From the NCBI RefSeq assembly GCF_036971445.1, contig NC_091471.1, positions 250,232,001 through 250,296,000 on the forward strand: a DNA stretch of 64,000 bases. Direction: 5' to 3'. This document shows positions 1 through 14,270 of the stretch, in pieces. How positions within the stretch are numbered: position 1 is the first letter of the stretch; the number at the start of each line of letters is the position of its first letter. The translations under genes were made by a program, and so were the position numbers. The notes below the pieces were generated by a model. The model had not been told where the DNA came from and did no database searches. It saw only the letters and a list, made by a program, of their open reading frames with translations. Origin of the DNA: Narcine bancroftii. Lineage: Eukaryota.

Positions 1-2303
1 TTCAATATGAGTTGACCAAAGTAATTTTTGGAATGGCAGTTATTAAAGCCCTTGAACGTGATTCTGGTAACTTCTGATCTTCAGTAACTTGATTCAACAC
101 TTCTCCAAATACATTAGAGACATCATCATAAAAAAAAATTATAAAATTCCATCATCCCCTGGGGACTTTCCATTAGGCATTTCCTGAATAGCTTCCTTCA
201 TTTCAAAATCCATAAATGAAGATTCCAATTCCTGAACCTCATTTCCATCTAATACCTGTAACTTTAATTTAGATAAGTAAGAATCAATAGAACCATTATC
301 CTGTTTCCCCTCAGAAGTATATAATTTTTAATAAAATTTATAAAACTGGTCATTAACTGGTCATTAATTTCTAAGTAATAAGTAACTTTTGAATTCTTCT
401 CAACAACATTAATAATCTGAGATGTCTATTCAGCTTTCAATTCCCAAGCAAGTACCTTATGAGCTCTCTCCCCTCAACTCATAATAACGTTGTTTAGATC
501 GATTAATTAAGCGCTCAAACTGATAAGTTTGTAAAGTATTATAATGTAATTTCAACCTCGTTAATGTGACTTTTTAATCTTTTGTTACATCTTTCTGAAA
601 ATCTTTCTCTAACTCAGCAATCTTATTTTCTAACTCTAAACTTTCTGCTATATATTGTTTCTTAACTTTCATAGAATAACTAATAATCTTCCCCCCTCAA
701 ATAAGCTTTTAAAGCATCCCATATTACAAAATGACTATCCACAGAATTAACGTTCTCGGTCAAAAATAAAGAAATATGCTCTTTAAAAAAAGTAACAAAC
801 TCTTTTTTTCAATAACATGATCATTCTCAAAGAATTGAGATTGAAAATTTCCATAAAAAACGTTCAAAATTGCAGGATAACGAAAAGCAAACTTGTAGCC
901 TTTTTGCCACAAAACATCTTTGGCCATATTAAATTCTCGTCGTCTTCTAATAACCTCTTGGCTCAAATCGGCATAAAAGAACACTCTCTTGTTTTGAACC
1001 ATTAATGGAGACTGATTCTGCTGTGCTTTCTGTACTGCCATACGTAAAATCATTTCTCTATCTTGGTATTTTAAACAATGAACCAAGACTGCTCTCTGAT
1101 TGTCCTGGAAGTGGTTTTCTTCTCAAATCTCTGTGAGCCCTATCCAGTTCCAAGCCTTTAGGAAAAAGCTCTTTACCCAGCACCTCTGGGATCCAGTGCT
1201 TAAATTTTTTAATAGGATCAGCACCTTCAATGTCCTCTGGAAGACCAACTATTTTCACATTATTCCTTCGGCTTTGATTTTCCAACGTATCAATCTTCTT
1301 CATTAAATCTCTTTTTTGAATCGTCCAATCTACAAAAGAACCTTCCACTTTTTCCATTTTTTCTCTATTACGTTCTACCTGATTTTGAAACTCAGAAAAG
1401 GCTGTTTCAATTTTCTTAAAATTATCTTGCACAATATCAACTGATTTTATACATCTATTAAGATCACTCTTAACTATAGTCATTTCCTGTTTCACAGTTG
1501 ACATTTCAACACACAGGGTATTCATTTTTATTTTCATCTCCAGAAATCTTTGATTCACTTGAGTTGATATTTGTTTTGTCATATTTTGCATTTGACAAGT
1601 AATCCCTTCCAAAACAGTAAACACTGAATCCATTCCAGATTCCACTTCCACTTTGAGATCTACCTCCTTTAACTACATGTTCCTCCTCCTGGCCAAATTC
1701 CAATAAGGTAAGTTCCTTTTCTTCCTCAGTCATGAACAGCTGTGGGTCTGGACATCCGATGCCACACCCTGACCTCTTCGGGATGCCAGTGTCCGTGCTC
1801 CCCCACAGCCCATACTTTATCCAGCAATTCTCGGACCTAGGATGTCCCACACAGGCCAGGCAAAGCCGTTGGACGTGCATGAGCGTCCTCCGATGCTACA
1901 CTGCGTGCCACCGGTCTGCCCAGTGGGTTTGCGGGTCCTTTTCTTGGCCATGCCGCCCGCGCGCACGACTTCATGTGAACGCGGGTCGGCAATGGCCGAG
2001 CTCACCAAGGTGTCGGCGCCATTTTGCGGAGTCAAACTCGAACGGGCTGGAGTCCTCAGGCTTGGAGACTCCCAATGACGATTCTGTGGATTCAGCTATG
2101 CAGGTAGGCCTCAATTCTTCCACAGTTTTGTATGGTAATTTTTTCTGAAGTTAAATTTTTTCACATTAGATGACATCATAAATCACTGTTATTTAAACAA
2201 CTGTAAATATTATTTTTAACCAGTTTTATGCTTTTTAAAAACCCAGTGATCCAACTGGGGAAAGGTGGAATACACGTCTTCTACACCATCTTGCCATGCC
2301 CCC
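1..2303 (-). mobile_element. Degenerate L1-clade LINE (5' UTR, frameshifted ORF1, internally deleted ORF2), runs off window start
   Basis: Minus-strand ORFs 1058-1651 and 760-1086 give L1 ORF1 motifs (RRNNVKIVGLPE, LELDRAHR, FFYADLS, FRYPA). ORF2 motif MPNGKSPGDDG near 150-180. 5' end GGGGGCATGGCAAGATGG at ~2303. Confidence 0.85.
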
Positions 2304-2499
2304 AAGGCAGCAAGGACTTGTCGGAAAGTTTGGGACGTGTTCCAACATGAAGCATCCTTGAAATCATTCACTTCTCACTACATCCTCCTCTGTTCTATAC
2401 TGGCCTGGGGAGTATTTGATGGCGAACTGGCTGCTCAAAACAGGAAGTATATTAGTCCTCGTCATCAAGAGCTTGGATGCAGTGAAGGCTAATGTCAGA

Positions 2500-3659
<1,160 letters not shown>

Positions 3660-4221
3660 TAATGATCTGATGCTGGCTAACCTGGTATTGAAGTAAGATT
3701 GTTTTATCATTTTCTAACATGGGAGAAACTCCCAATTATCTGAAGCACCTTTGAAAGAGTTTTCAGAGTGGCATTGATGCCTTGAGGTCTCGTGGTCCAC
3801 TTGAGTTGAAAATGCAACAGAAAGCTGCAAGTTTCTCCCAGAAGGACAAGTTTACTGTGGGTGACAGCAGACCGTAAGCCACGATCAAACCAAAAAAGGA
3901 AAGACGTGGCTGAATTAATTGGTCAGCAATATCTATGTCCCTGTTTTCAGGGACTACCAACAAACGCATTTATTCTGTGTTCCTATTTTACGGGACTGGT
4001 TTTATACCCAACCACCAGCTGGTTCATACTGATGTTTGTTCTGGAGTTCACCATGGACCCAGTCTGGAGTATATAAAATGAAAGGTTAAAAATGGCCAGA
4101 GTCCAAAGGGTCTCAGGTTAGACTCTGGGCACCATCTCTGTGTATTCTGGGCAAAAGGTAGATGGGAGCCTTGCTTAGGTATGAGATTCAACTGATGAGG
4201 CACGATGCATGTTTGATTTAG

Positions 4222-4398
<177 letters not shown>

Positions 4399-4505
4399 TA
4401 AGTGCAGCAGTGAGGTGGATGGGCTCTATCGATTTGTCAGGCCCAGTGTTTTCCTGCTTGACTGAATGGGCCGATACTACTAGTCTGGATGAGGCCTGCA
4501 ATGTA

Positions 4506-4687
4506 CAGTAAAACCCCTGTTATCCGGAATACAGGCAACAACAAAAAACGCAGAAAATAAATAGGTAAAGAATATGGAAGTTTAAAATTGGTGCACCTCG
4601 CCGTTAGTTCACCAATCGCACAACCTCAAGCAACCAGAAAATTCACTTATCCAGCATCTTTCAATCCCCATACCAGGGGCTTTACTG
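4506..4687. mobile_element. Tc1/mariner (pogo/Tigger-like) MITE
   Basis: TIRs CAGTAAAACCCCTG / CAGGGGCTTTACTG flanked by TA on both sides. Confidence 0.75.
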
Positions 4688-5261
4688 TAGTAACATCATT
4701 TCTATCTCTCTCTCTGGTGCTGTTATAAAGTCAGTTTATGAATCAAACAATTCACTGAACAAGTTAATGCTGCTGTTTCTTCCCATCTATAAGTACTGAT
4801 AAGTTACATGTTTGAGTACTGGCCCTGTAATCTGATTTTAACAGAGGAAGGTTGTTTAATGGCTGGGACTTTTCTTTTGGGATCTGAATATTTTAGGCAC
4901 TTAATAGCTCACTCCTAATTGTCTTAGCTTGTTAATTTAGGAGTCAACACTCTGGAGGATCTGAAGGTTTGTATTTGCCAGGATAGGTAAAGAAGGTCCA
5001 TAGAAACAAGTTCAAATGCCAAAGCAGCAATGTGTGAACTAATCTGAAATTTAAATAAAAACTTTTATCATTAAACATGATTGTGAGACCACTGGGTGAT
5101 TGCTGAGACCCATCTGCTTCATCAATCCACAAAGGAGGGCAATTTAATTTAAAGTACTGGAGCATACTTTGTAGCAAAGATAAAGACTCATAACCAGTGT
5201 TTCAGGCCTGAGCCCTTCATCAATGTATGAGGGGGAAAAAAGCAGGCAGCCATCTGAATAA

Positions 5262-5685
5262 AATGGTGGGGGGTGGGTGGGGAAGGTCAGGGGGGGGGGG
5301 GAAGTACCAGACCACAGGTCATAGGTGAATATAGGTGGGAGGGCACGAGATAAAAGCTGAGATGTGATGGGGAGGGGAAAGCTCTGAATGGAGAATGGTA
5401 GAGAAATTTAGAGAGGGAGGTGGAGGGTGGGGAAATTCAGAGGGGGAGGAGGGGTTCAGGAGAGGGGGAGGCTGGGGGGTCTGGGGAGGGTGGATCAGGG
5501 TTAGGGGGTGGTGGAGGGTGGGGGTCAGGGAAAAGTCGAGGTTAGGGGTGTGAGAGGGTTGGGGTGGTTAGAGGGTTGTAGGAGTGGGGAGCTTAGAGGG
5601 GAGTTGAGGGTGGTGAGTTGGTTGGGAGGGGGAGGAGATGAAAAATTTTGAGGGTTAGAGAAGTGGGAAGAGAGAGCTCGGAGGG
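5262..5685. repeat. G-rich low-complexity tract (G-quadruplex potential)
   Basis: Dense GGG-GGGGGG runs, purine-rich on + strand, following a Penelope-type terminal motif. Confidence 0.6.
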
Positions 5686-6079
5686 CAGTTCCCCTTTATC
5701 CAGTCTGTGAGTTACTTCAAACCTGCTCACATTTTTGACTTTGAAACTCCCTCTAAAATATCAAAGCATTTGGTTTGAAGGCAATTGGAATGAACAAGAA
5801 ATGCACCCCTGGCCAGGAACGCCCACATGCCATGAATTAACAGAAACCTTCCCAACCGATTGTGATCTTTGGAGTGATGTGTTGGCAGTGCAGATGAGAT
5901 ATTTAAGGAAAGCCCTTTTTCCTGTTTGACTGGATATTGAGGATGAAGAGATGGACAAGCCTTTGTATGTTAACTGGTCCCAATCAGCAGTGGAACAAGT
6001 TTTGTTGCTGGTTACAAGATCATGCTGTTGCAAAATAACTGCTTTGTTTATGCAAATGATTGACTGCTTTTCCAAATGA

Positions 6080-6474
<395 letters not shown>

Positions 6475-6756
6475 TAGTTGGCCATATTGACTCCGTCAGA
6501 GGAAGGAGTGTTATCAAAACCTCATTGTGACAATAGGAGAAAGTGTGAAAGAACAAGACAGCATAAGACTTAACCCAGCTGCAACATTATTGCAATTGAT
6601 TCCTTGATTGTCCTTGATAGTGCATGGTTTGAATAGCGAGTTGTACTGTTCTGTTTATATTGTGAGCAGTACAGTACCTTAGATTGTACAGTGGGTGATG
6701 AAAATCCTGGATTATGTACAGCGTGCACAGCGAATGTAGCATTGGTGTGGATTATG

Positions 6757-6877
6757 TACTCTGTGGACTGTCGGTGGTGGCGGCCACATTGAAGGTGTGT
6801 TGTTTGCAAACAAATAATGGTCTAGCACCACGCAGTACACCTTCCTCGATGTGCCGCCACCGACAGTCCACAGAGTA
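6757..6877. repeat. Inverted repeat / long hairpin in intron 9
   Basis: TACTCTGTGGACTGTCGGTGG (6757-6777) is the exact reverse complement of 6857-6877; inner arms GAAGGTGT/ACACCTTC also pair. Confidence 0.85.
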
Positions 6878-7282
6878 GCTAGTAGATTTGTGTACAGAAG
6901 TATCCTGGATTGTGTAATATTTGCATGGGATGCTGATGTGCCCCTTGAACAAACACTGTGTGCTCACTGAGTGGATTGTATTTTCACAATGAGTGGCATT
7001 GCATTATGAGTCGTGCTGTTTCCTGGCATCTGGTCTGTGATGTGGTTGTGCTGTTTGAACGGAACACTCCCTTTAAAGCGCCAGGTTCAGGGTGGAGGAT
7101 ATGCTTGTGGTGAAATTAGTCACGTGCTCGTTATCAGGCAAGTTTAATTAAATCCTTCAGGTCAAATCTTCAGCAATAAAAGTGTTGGTGTGGCACTTTT
7201 GGAAACAATGGAAGTGGGTCATGTGATTTGCAGATAAGGCTGCTGGAATCTTTTATAAAAGCTCAACCAGGGGATTAATGGA

Positions 7283-8930
7283 CAATAGGTACAGGAGTAG
7301 GCTGTTTGGTCCTTCATGTCAGCATTGCCATTCACTGTGATCATGGCTGACCATCCACAATCAGTTCCCCGTTCCTGCCTTCTCCCCATACCCCTTGACT
7401 CTGCTATCTTTAAGAGCTCTATCTAAACTCTTTCTTGGAAGCTTTGAGAGAATTGGCCTCCACTGCCTTCTGAGGCAGAGCATTCTGCAGATCCACAACT
7501 CTCTCTGGGTGAAAAAGTTTTCCCTCAACTCTGTTCTAAATGGCCTACCCCTTATTCTTAAACTGTGGCCTCTAGTTCTGGGCTTCCTCAACATCAGGAA
7601 CATGTTTCCTGCCTATAGCGCGTCCAATCCCTTAATAATCTTGTATGTTTCAATCAGATCCCCTTTCATCCTTCTAAACTCCAGTGTATATGTCCAGTCG
7701 CTCCAATCTTTCAACATATGATAGTCTCGCCATCCCAGGAATTAGCCTCGAGAACCTACGCTGCACTCCCTCAATACCAAGAAGGCCCTTCCTCAAACTT
7801 GGAGACCAAAACTGAACACAGTGCTCCAGGTGTGGTCTCACCAGGGTGGAGAATATCCTTTTTACTCCTATACTCAACTCCCCTTGTTATGAAGGCCAAC
7901 ATGCCATTAGCTTTCTTCACTCCCTGCTGTACCTGCATGTTTACTTTCAGTGACTGATGAACAAGGACACCTTTTCCTAACTTCACTCCATTCGGAGAGT
8001 AATCTGCCTTCCTGTTCTTGCCACCAAAGTGGATAACCTCATATTAAACTGCATCTGCCCCCTCACCCAACCTGTCCAATTCACCCTGCTTTCTCATAAC
8101 CTCCTCCTTACATTTCACACTGCCACCCAGCTTTGTGTCATCTGCAAATTTGCTAATGCAACTTTTAAATCTTTCATCTAAATCATTAATGTATATTGTA
8201 AATAGGTGCGGTCCCAGCCCCGAGCCTTGTGATACCCAGTAGTCACTGCCTGTCATTCTGAAAGGGACACATTTATCCCTACTCTTTGTTTCCTGTCTGC
8301 CAACCAATTTTCTCTCCATGTCAGTCCCCTACCCTCAATACCATGTGCTTTAATTTTGCCCAATGATCTCCTATGTGGGACCTTATCAAAAGCTTTCCGA
8401 AAGTCCAGGTACACTACATCCATTGGCTCTCCCTTGTCTATTTTCATAGTTACATTCTCAAAATTCTAGACAAGTCAAGCATGATCTCCCTTTGTAAATC
8501 CATGCTGACTTGGACCGATCCTGTTACTGCTATCCAAATGTCCCACCATTTCATCTTTTATAATTGACTCCAGCCTCTTCCCCACCACTGATGTCAGGTT
8601 AACTGGTGTATAATTCCCTGTTTTCTCTCTCCCTCCTTTCTTAAAAAGTGGGATAACATTAGCTACCATCCAATCTGCAGGAATTAATCCTGATTCTATA
8701 GAACATTGGAAAATGATTACCCATGCAGCCACGGTTTCTAGAGCCACCTCCTTCAGTACCCTGGGATGCAGATCATCAGGCCCTGTGGATTTATCAGCCT
8801 TCAGTCCCATCAGTCTACCCAACACCATTTTTTTGCCTAATGTGAACTTCCTTCAGTTCCTCTGTTACCCCAGGTCCTCTGTCCACTATTACACTTGGGA
8901 GATTGTGTCTTCCCGAGTGAAGACCGATTG
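7283..8930 (-). mobile_element. CR1 LINE fragment (RT region and 3' end), degenerate
   Basis: Minus ORFs with VYLDFRKAFDKVPH, SKFADDTKLGG, LVRPHLEHCVQFWSP, RTRGHSLRI. Confidence 0.9.
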
Positions 8931-9897
8931 GAGATGAAAAAGGTAGCATATCTGGAATAAAATCAGCAAATGCTAGAAATATTCAGTCAATCAACCAACA
9001 AGAAGTAAAAATAGTGTTTCAAGCCAGCAGTTTTTCTCCATCAATGGTGAAAATTCTGATGGGAGGTCATTGTCCTGGCACATGAAATCTGTTTCAATCT
9101 CCTGAGATACTGCCTAACCTGCTGAGTATTTTCTGTCATTTAAGGTGTGAAACATGTTCCTTACCCACAAGGTAACCTCGCAGTTGACCTGCTGAGTTTT
9201 TCCTGCATTGCGTTTTTACTAGCTAACCTCTCAGATGTGTTTGGGTAAAACATGTAGATATTCTTTTCAAAATCATCTTCCCATTCTGCAGTTTTTCTAC
9301 ATCCATTATTTGCGTGAAATTTGTTTAATTGTATTTTTGGTATAATTCAGGGAATCAGTAGCAGGGGTGAAAGTGGACACACCAAAATGTCCGGGGACTG
9401 AGGGTTTACAATTTTGCGGGCAGACTGCAGGTGCATGGCGAGCATGAGGCTCTTCTAGAAATGCACGTGGATAGTTTTAAGATTAGCTTAGTTTGCTGAC
9501 AATCAGTTAGAGAGAGGCTGCATTGTCTGACTTCCTGAATAGACAGACAATCTTAACTCTCACTCATGGAACTGCCAGACCTTGCATTACCAAGCCTGAA
9601 AGATTGGGAAGGTCTTCATCAGGCATCGTGCAGTTAAAGGGTCTGGCCAACCTGGATTATGCTGCTCCAGACGTGAATGCTGCAGTGGCATATCAGCCCT
9701 GTTGGAGAGCCCGCTGGCCAGGTGAGCTCCTGAAGACACCATGACAAGGGGCTGCCATCTCATGGAAACAACAACCCTCAGGCAGCTTTGGGACCATGCA
9801 GCCTGATGGAAGATCCTGCTCTCTCTGAGCTGGGCTCCCAATTTCCCTTCTTGTCTTTGACTTTTTGTTTTGTTTCTTTCTCCTTCCCTGGCTGTAG

Positions 9898-10036
9898 AAC
9901 GGGGCTGTTCACCCCGGACTTGGCGTTTGAAGCAATTGTGAAAAAGCAGGTGGTGAAGCTGAAAGCTCCGTGCTTGAAGTGTGTGGACATGGTTATCCAG
10001 GAGCTGGTAAACACGGTCAGACAGTGCACTCTGAAG
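9898..10036 (+). CDS. DNM2: Dynamin-2 exon 10a (mutually exclusive), 139 nt
   Basis: gtag|A..AAG|gtatcc; [46 protein letters not shown]. Confidence 0.95.
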
Positions 10037-10091
10037 GTATCCCCTGCCCTGGCGGCTCACGTGCACTGGCATCTTGGTCTGTGTAGTTATG

Positions 10092-10127
10092 TGCATGATC
10101 TAACATGTAAATTGCCTGCTGTGCATG
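10092..10127 (+). promoter_or_regulatory. Candidate splicing regulatory cluster: two TGCATG (RBFOX) motifs and a CTAAC motif downstream of exon 10a
   Basis: TGCATG at 10092 and 10122 and CTAAC at 10100, 55-90 nt after the 10a donor. Confidence 0.5.
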
Positions 10128-10214
10128 AGCAACAATGGGCATAAGGGGGACTGCAGAGACCCAAGACATCTGCAAAACTCCTGGTAGAAAGTATCTGTTG
10201 TAGATTGTACAGGG

Positions 10215-10380
10215 CAGTGGTTCTCGACCTTTTTCTTTCCACTTGCGTACCACCTTGAGTAGTCGCTTATTAATCACAGAGCACCTATGGCAGAGGATAC
10301 CATAGGTGCTCTGTGGTTGGTAAGAGATTACTTAAGGTGAAATGTGAGGGGGGGGGTGGGGGGAAGGTTGAGAACTACTG
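10215..10380. mobile_element. hAT (Charlie-like) fold-back MITE
   Basis: CAGTGGTTCTC...GAGAACTACTG termini; internal perfect stem CACAGAGCACCTATGG/CCATAGGTGCTCTGTG; same family as 24927-25301. Confidence 0.75.
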
Positions 10381-11074
10381 ATAAAGGGCAATGTTTGCAG
10401 CATGTTGCTAGTGGAGGGAGATGTAGCCATTCTGTCAACTTGCATTGTTCCTGTGTAGTTTTGTGCCTGCTCTCCATGACCCTTTTATGAACAACTGGGG
10501 CAATGCACATGGCTCTCATCAGTGCCCTGGAATCCTGTCCTCCTCCAAGTGTTTGGAGACTCAAAACAGTTTAAATGTGATTTACTGTTGATGCACAGAC
10601 CAGGTTGTGGAGGGGAAGCTTCCTGACTGGTGACGGCCACTGTGTTTCTCTGTTGAGGGGTGATGACGATTTGATACATTTATTGTTTGGCCTCCTCCCA
10701 CGTGTTGAAGTCTTGATGTTGATGTCTGAACTGCTGAACAAACAGTAGTGCATTAGACTTGCTGCCATGTTCCTTCAGCCGTGCAAGCCCCACAGAATCC
10801 TTCTCCTCTGCTGGAACGGATGAGGCCGGGTTGAAGATTGAGGCGTGGTGTCATTTTATACTGTTTAGCTGTATTAAAGTGAATGTATTCAATTGGCAAA
10901 TGTGTTTTGGAAAAGAATGTTGGAGGATGTACCAGATAAGCATCACTTCTGGCACCACTCCCTCTCTCTCCTTGGTGTCCCTCATTCCAAGAGCATGTGG
11001 CTGTCCTCAGCCTTATCCATCTATAATTCTGATATGTGGCTCAAAATTCAAATCAAAGAAAACTTGGGTAATGT

Positions 11075-12850
11075 TCTTTTTCAATCTTATTAACATTTCA
11101 TAATATACACAGCATAAGGAGAATAGAAATAACACAATTAAAATGGGATGTGCAAGTCTTCACAGTATAAGTATCATGTATAAATTCCAGAGTGAAAATG
11201 TGACATATTAGAAACAATACTCTTAACAAAGAAAGCAGATAAAGAAATAATTATAATATATATATAAAACTAATCTATGAAAAAAAATTATAAAAAAAAC
11301 ACCTGAGCAGCCTATCCTGAGGATCTGTCAAATAGTTTAAAGCATTGTTACACCTACAGGTGCAAAAACAGTATGAATTACATTATGCAAAAACAGTATG
11401 AATTACATTATGCCTGGAAAGGAAGAGTTAATTAATAGAATTTCCTCCCCTCCCTCTCTCCCCCCCCCCCCCCGTCACTCTCTCTTCTCCCCCCCCCCCC
11501 CCCCCCCCCCCCCACCATACCAGCACCAGGAAAAGAAATTGCCAGTTATTTGGAGCTTCTCAGATTTTGCATGTCCACGGGTAGTTGTATTTAAAGTACA
11601 ACTTCTGATTTTTTTTCTCTCTAAGAAAGAGACAACCATTTAAATAATGTAGGAGAATCAGAGACTTTCCATTTAAGTAAAATAGCTCTTCTAACTGATA
11701 GTGTAAAAAAGCTATAACTCAATATCAGAACCAGCTACATTTGTAATTCCAAAAAGAGCAGTTAACGGGTTAGATTATAATAGAATAACCAGTACCATTT
11801 AAAAATATCTTTCCAAAACTTTTCTAACATGGGACATGAGCAAAACATGTGAGTCAATGAACTCACATCAGTATTGCATCTATCACAAGTAGAACTCGTA
11901 TTAGGGAAGATGTGAGCTAGTTTATCTTTCGATATATAAGCTCCAATAACTATTTTAAACTGTATTAAAGAATCACGTGCACAAAGTGAAGAAGTATTAA
12001 CTAGTCTAGTAATCCCCATGTTTCAAGAGATAATGTTAGTTGAAGTTCCGATTCCCATGTTTGTCGAATCTTATCCATGATCTCAAATTTAATGAGTATA
12101 AATAGTGTAACAACTAAACGCTTCTGAAAGGGTTTTAACCGGAAGTGAGTGTCAAGTCAATCTGGTTGTTGTAATGTTGGATAATTAGACATCACCATAT
12201 TCAGGACATGTCTAATTCGTAGATATCTTTTAAAAAAAAAAAATGTGTGTATGGTAAATTATATTTGGTAAAAAGTTGTTCAACAGACATCAAACCACCA
12301 TCAGGAAATAAATCTACAAAAGAGATAATTCCTTTAATCATACAAATAAGGAAGGGACAGTCAAGAGTAGGTAAATAAAAAATTAAGGTATATAATTGTG
12401 GCCAATGCAAAAATTTTTTAGTTCAAAATCCTTCGAAATTGAAACCAAATACATAATGAGTATTTAATAATTGGATTGGAAATATGCTTACTGATCTTCG
12501 ATCGTCTAAAAGGTAATGCTGTTCCTAAAAAAGAGGCTAACGAATAATTCTGGACGGATTTCAATTCCAAATCTACTCAGATCAAAGTAATAAATCTAAA
12601 AAATAATATAGTGAATATTAAATGCCCAATAGTAAAATCTCAAATTCAGTAAGGCCATAACCACCATCCTTCTTAAGTGAAGCTTTCTCAATCTGACCCC
12701 CTTAACATTCCAAATATAAGATGAAATCTTAGAATCAATATTGTCAAAATAAGATTTCAGAATAAAAATTTAGGTAATATTATCATTTTAACAGCATTAA
12801 TACGTCCAACCAAAGATAAAGTCAATAGGACTGTCTTGGGTAATGTTCTA
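11075..12850 (-). mobile_element. L1-clade LINE 3' fragment (ORF2 C-terminus and 3' UTR), degenerate
   Basis: Minus ORFs LSLVGRINAVKMIILPKFLF and CDRC..HMFCSC (C-terminal zinc knuckle); AT-rich; 25-bp tandem duplication at 11361-11413. Confidence 0.75.
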
Positions 12851-13044
12851 TTGTCTTTGCCACATTTTCTAAACCCAGAGTGGCCCACTGACTGTTGTGT
12901 TGATCTGTTCTCAATATCTAGCTTAGAAGGTTTCCTATTCTTTGTGGATTTATTGAGTTCTTTGGTTTGCTCCAATGTCAATGGGTGAAAGGTATCAGGA
13001 CGCCATTTTCTAGTGTAGTACCATTCCTTGTTTTATAAACTCTC

Positions 13045-13410
13045 ACCGTTCAAGATTCAATTTATTGTCATGTAATAAAGCCAGTGCAATATTACACAAA
13101 ATTTGTTTTCGGCAGACAGATTCACCATTGGCAGAAATTGCCTCTTTCAGAGAAAGAGAAGCAAAAGAGAGTCCCCGCAGTCTCTCATGCGTCCATGGAT
13201 CCACCTGCAGCTACACAGTCTAGTCGAAACCATCAGCAGCCCGAGTTCTAGATCCAAACCTCACATCAGGAGCCCTTCAGCACCCTCTTGCATCCTAGTT
13301 CCGATCCCTGGTACCCCTTCAGCGTGTCTTGAAACAGCCTCCAGCAGTCCGCAGCCCGTGTGAATCCCTTGACCGCAGGCATCCGTAGCCCACAACCTAC
13401 AACCGTGTTG
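13045..13410 (-). mobile_element. Non-autonomous retroelement (SINE-like) with Rex/L2-type 3' tail
   Basis: 3' tail GGTGAATCTGTC..TGTAATAT..TTTATTA..GACAATAAA..TGAATCTTGAA resembles 53265-53335 and 3340-3420. Confidence 0.45.
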
Positions 13411-13489
13411 CCTGGTTAAGGATGTCTTCCTGCCCAATATATTGATGCACAATAAGTTCTGGAGGGGACCAAAACCTGCACACTCAAAC

Positions 13490-14270
13490 GTAAGAAATAG
13501 GAGCAGGAGTTGGCCATCCAGCCTGTTGAACCTACTCCACCATTCAATTAGATCATGGCTGATCAGATGATGGGTTTCCCCAGATCCCTTAATTCCCCTA
13601 CTTTGTTGAAATCCATCCAACCTTGTCTTGAATATATTTATATATGAGGTTGCCTCCACTGCTTCAATGGGCCGCGAATTCCACAGATTCACCCACCTCG
13701 GGGAAAAGAAGTTCCTCCTCATCTCCGTCCTAAATCTACTGCCCTGGATCTTGAGGCTATGTCCCCCCCCATCAATGGGAACAACTTGCCTATCTCCATC
13801 TTAACTATGCCTTTTATAATTATATACATTTGTACAGGATCCCCTCTCATTCTCCTAAATTCCAACGACTTTGGCCCCAGACGACTCAATCTCTCCTCAT
13901 AGGCTGATCCCCCTCATCTTTGGAATCAACCTGGTGAACCTCCTCTCCACCGCCTCCAAGCCAGCTCAAGTAAGGAGACCAGAACTGCAGGCAGCGCTCC
14001 AGGTGCGACCTCACCAGTACCTGGTACAGTTGTAGCATTACTTCCCTGCTCCTTAATTCAATCCCTTTTGCTATGAAGGCCAACATTCCACTTGCCTTCT
14101 TGATAACCTGCTGTACTTGCAAACCAACTTTTTGTAATTCATGCACCAGCTCTTCCAAGTCCTTCTGCATGGCAGCGTGCTGCAAACACTTGTCATTTGA
14201 ATAATACTCTGATTTTCCATTTTTCCTTCCAAACTGGATAACCTCACATTTACCAACATTGTACAGCTGC
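13490..14270 (-). mobile_element. CR1 LINE 3' fragment
   Basis: NVGKCEVIQFGRKN, LYQVLVRSHLE..QFWSP, RRNFFSPRWVNLWNS; CR1 3' UTR. Confidence 0.88.
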
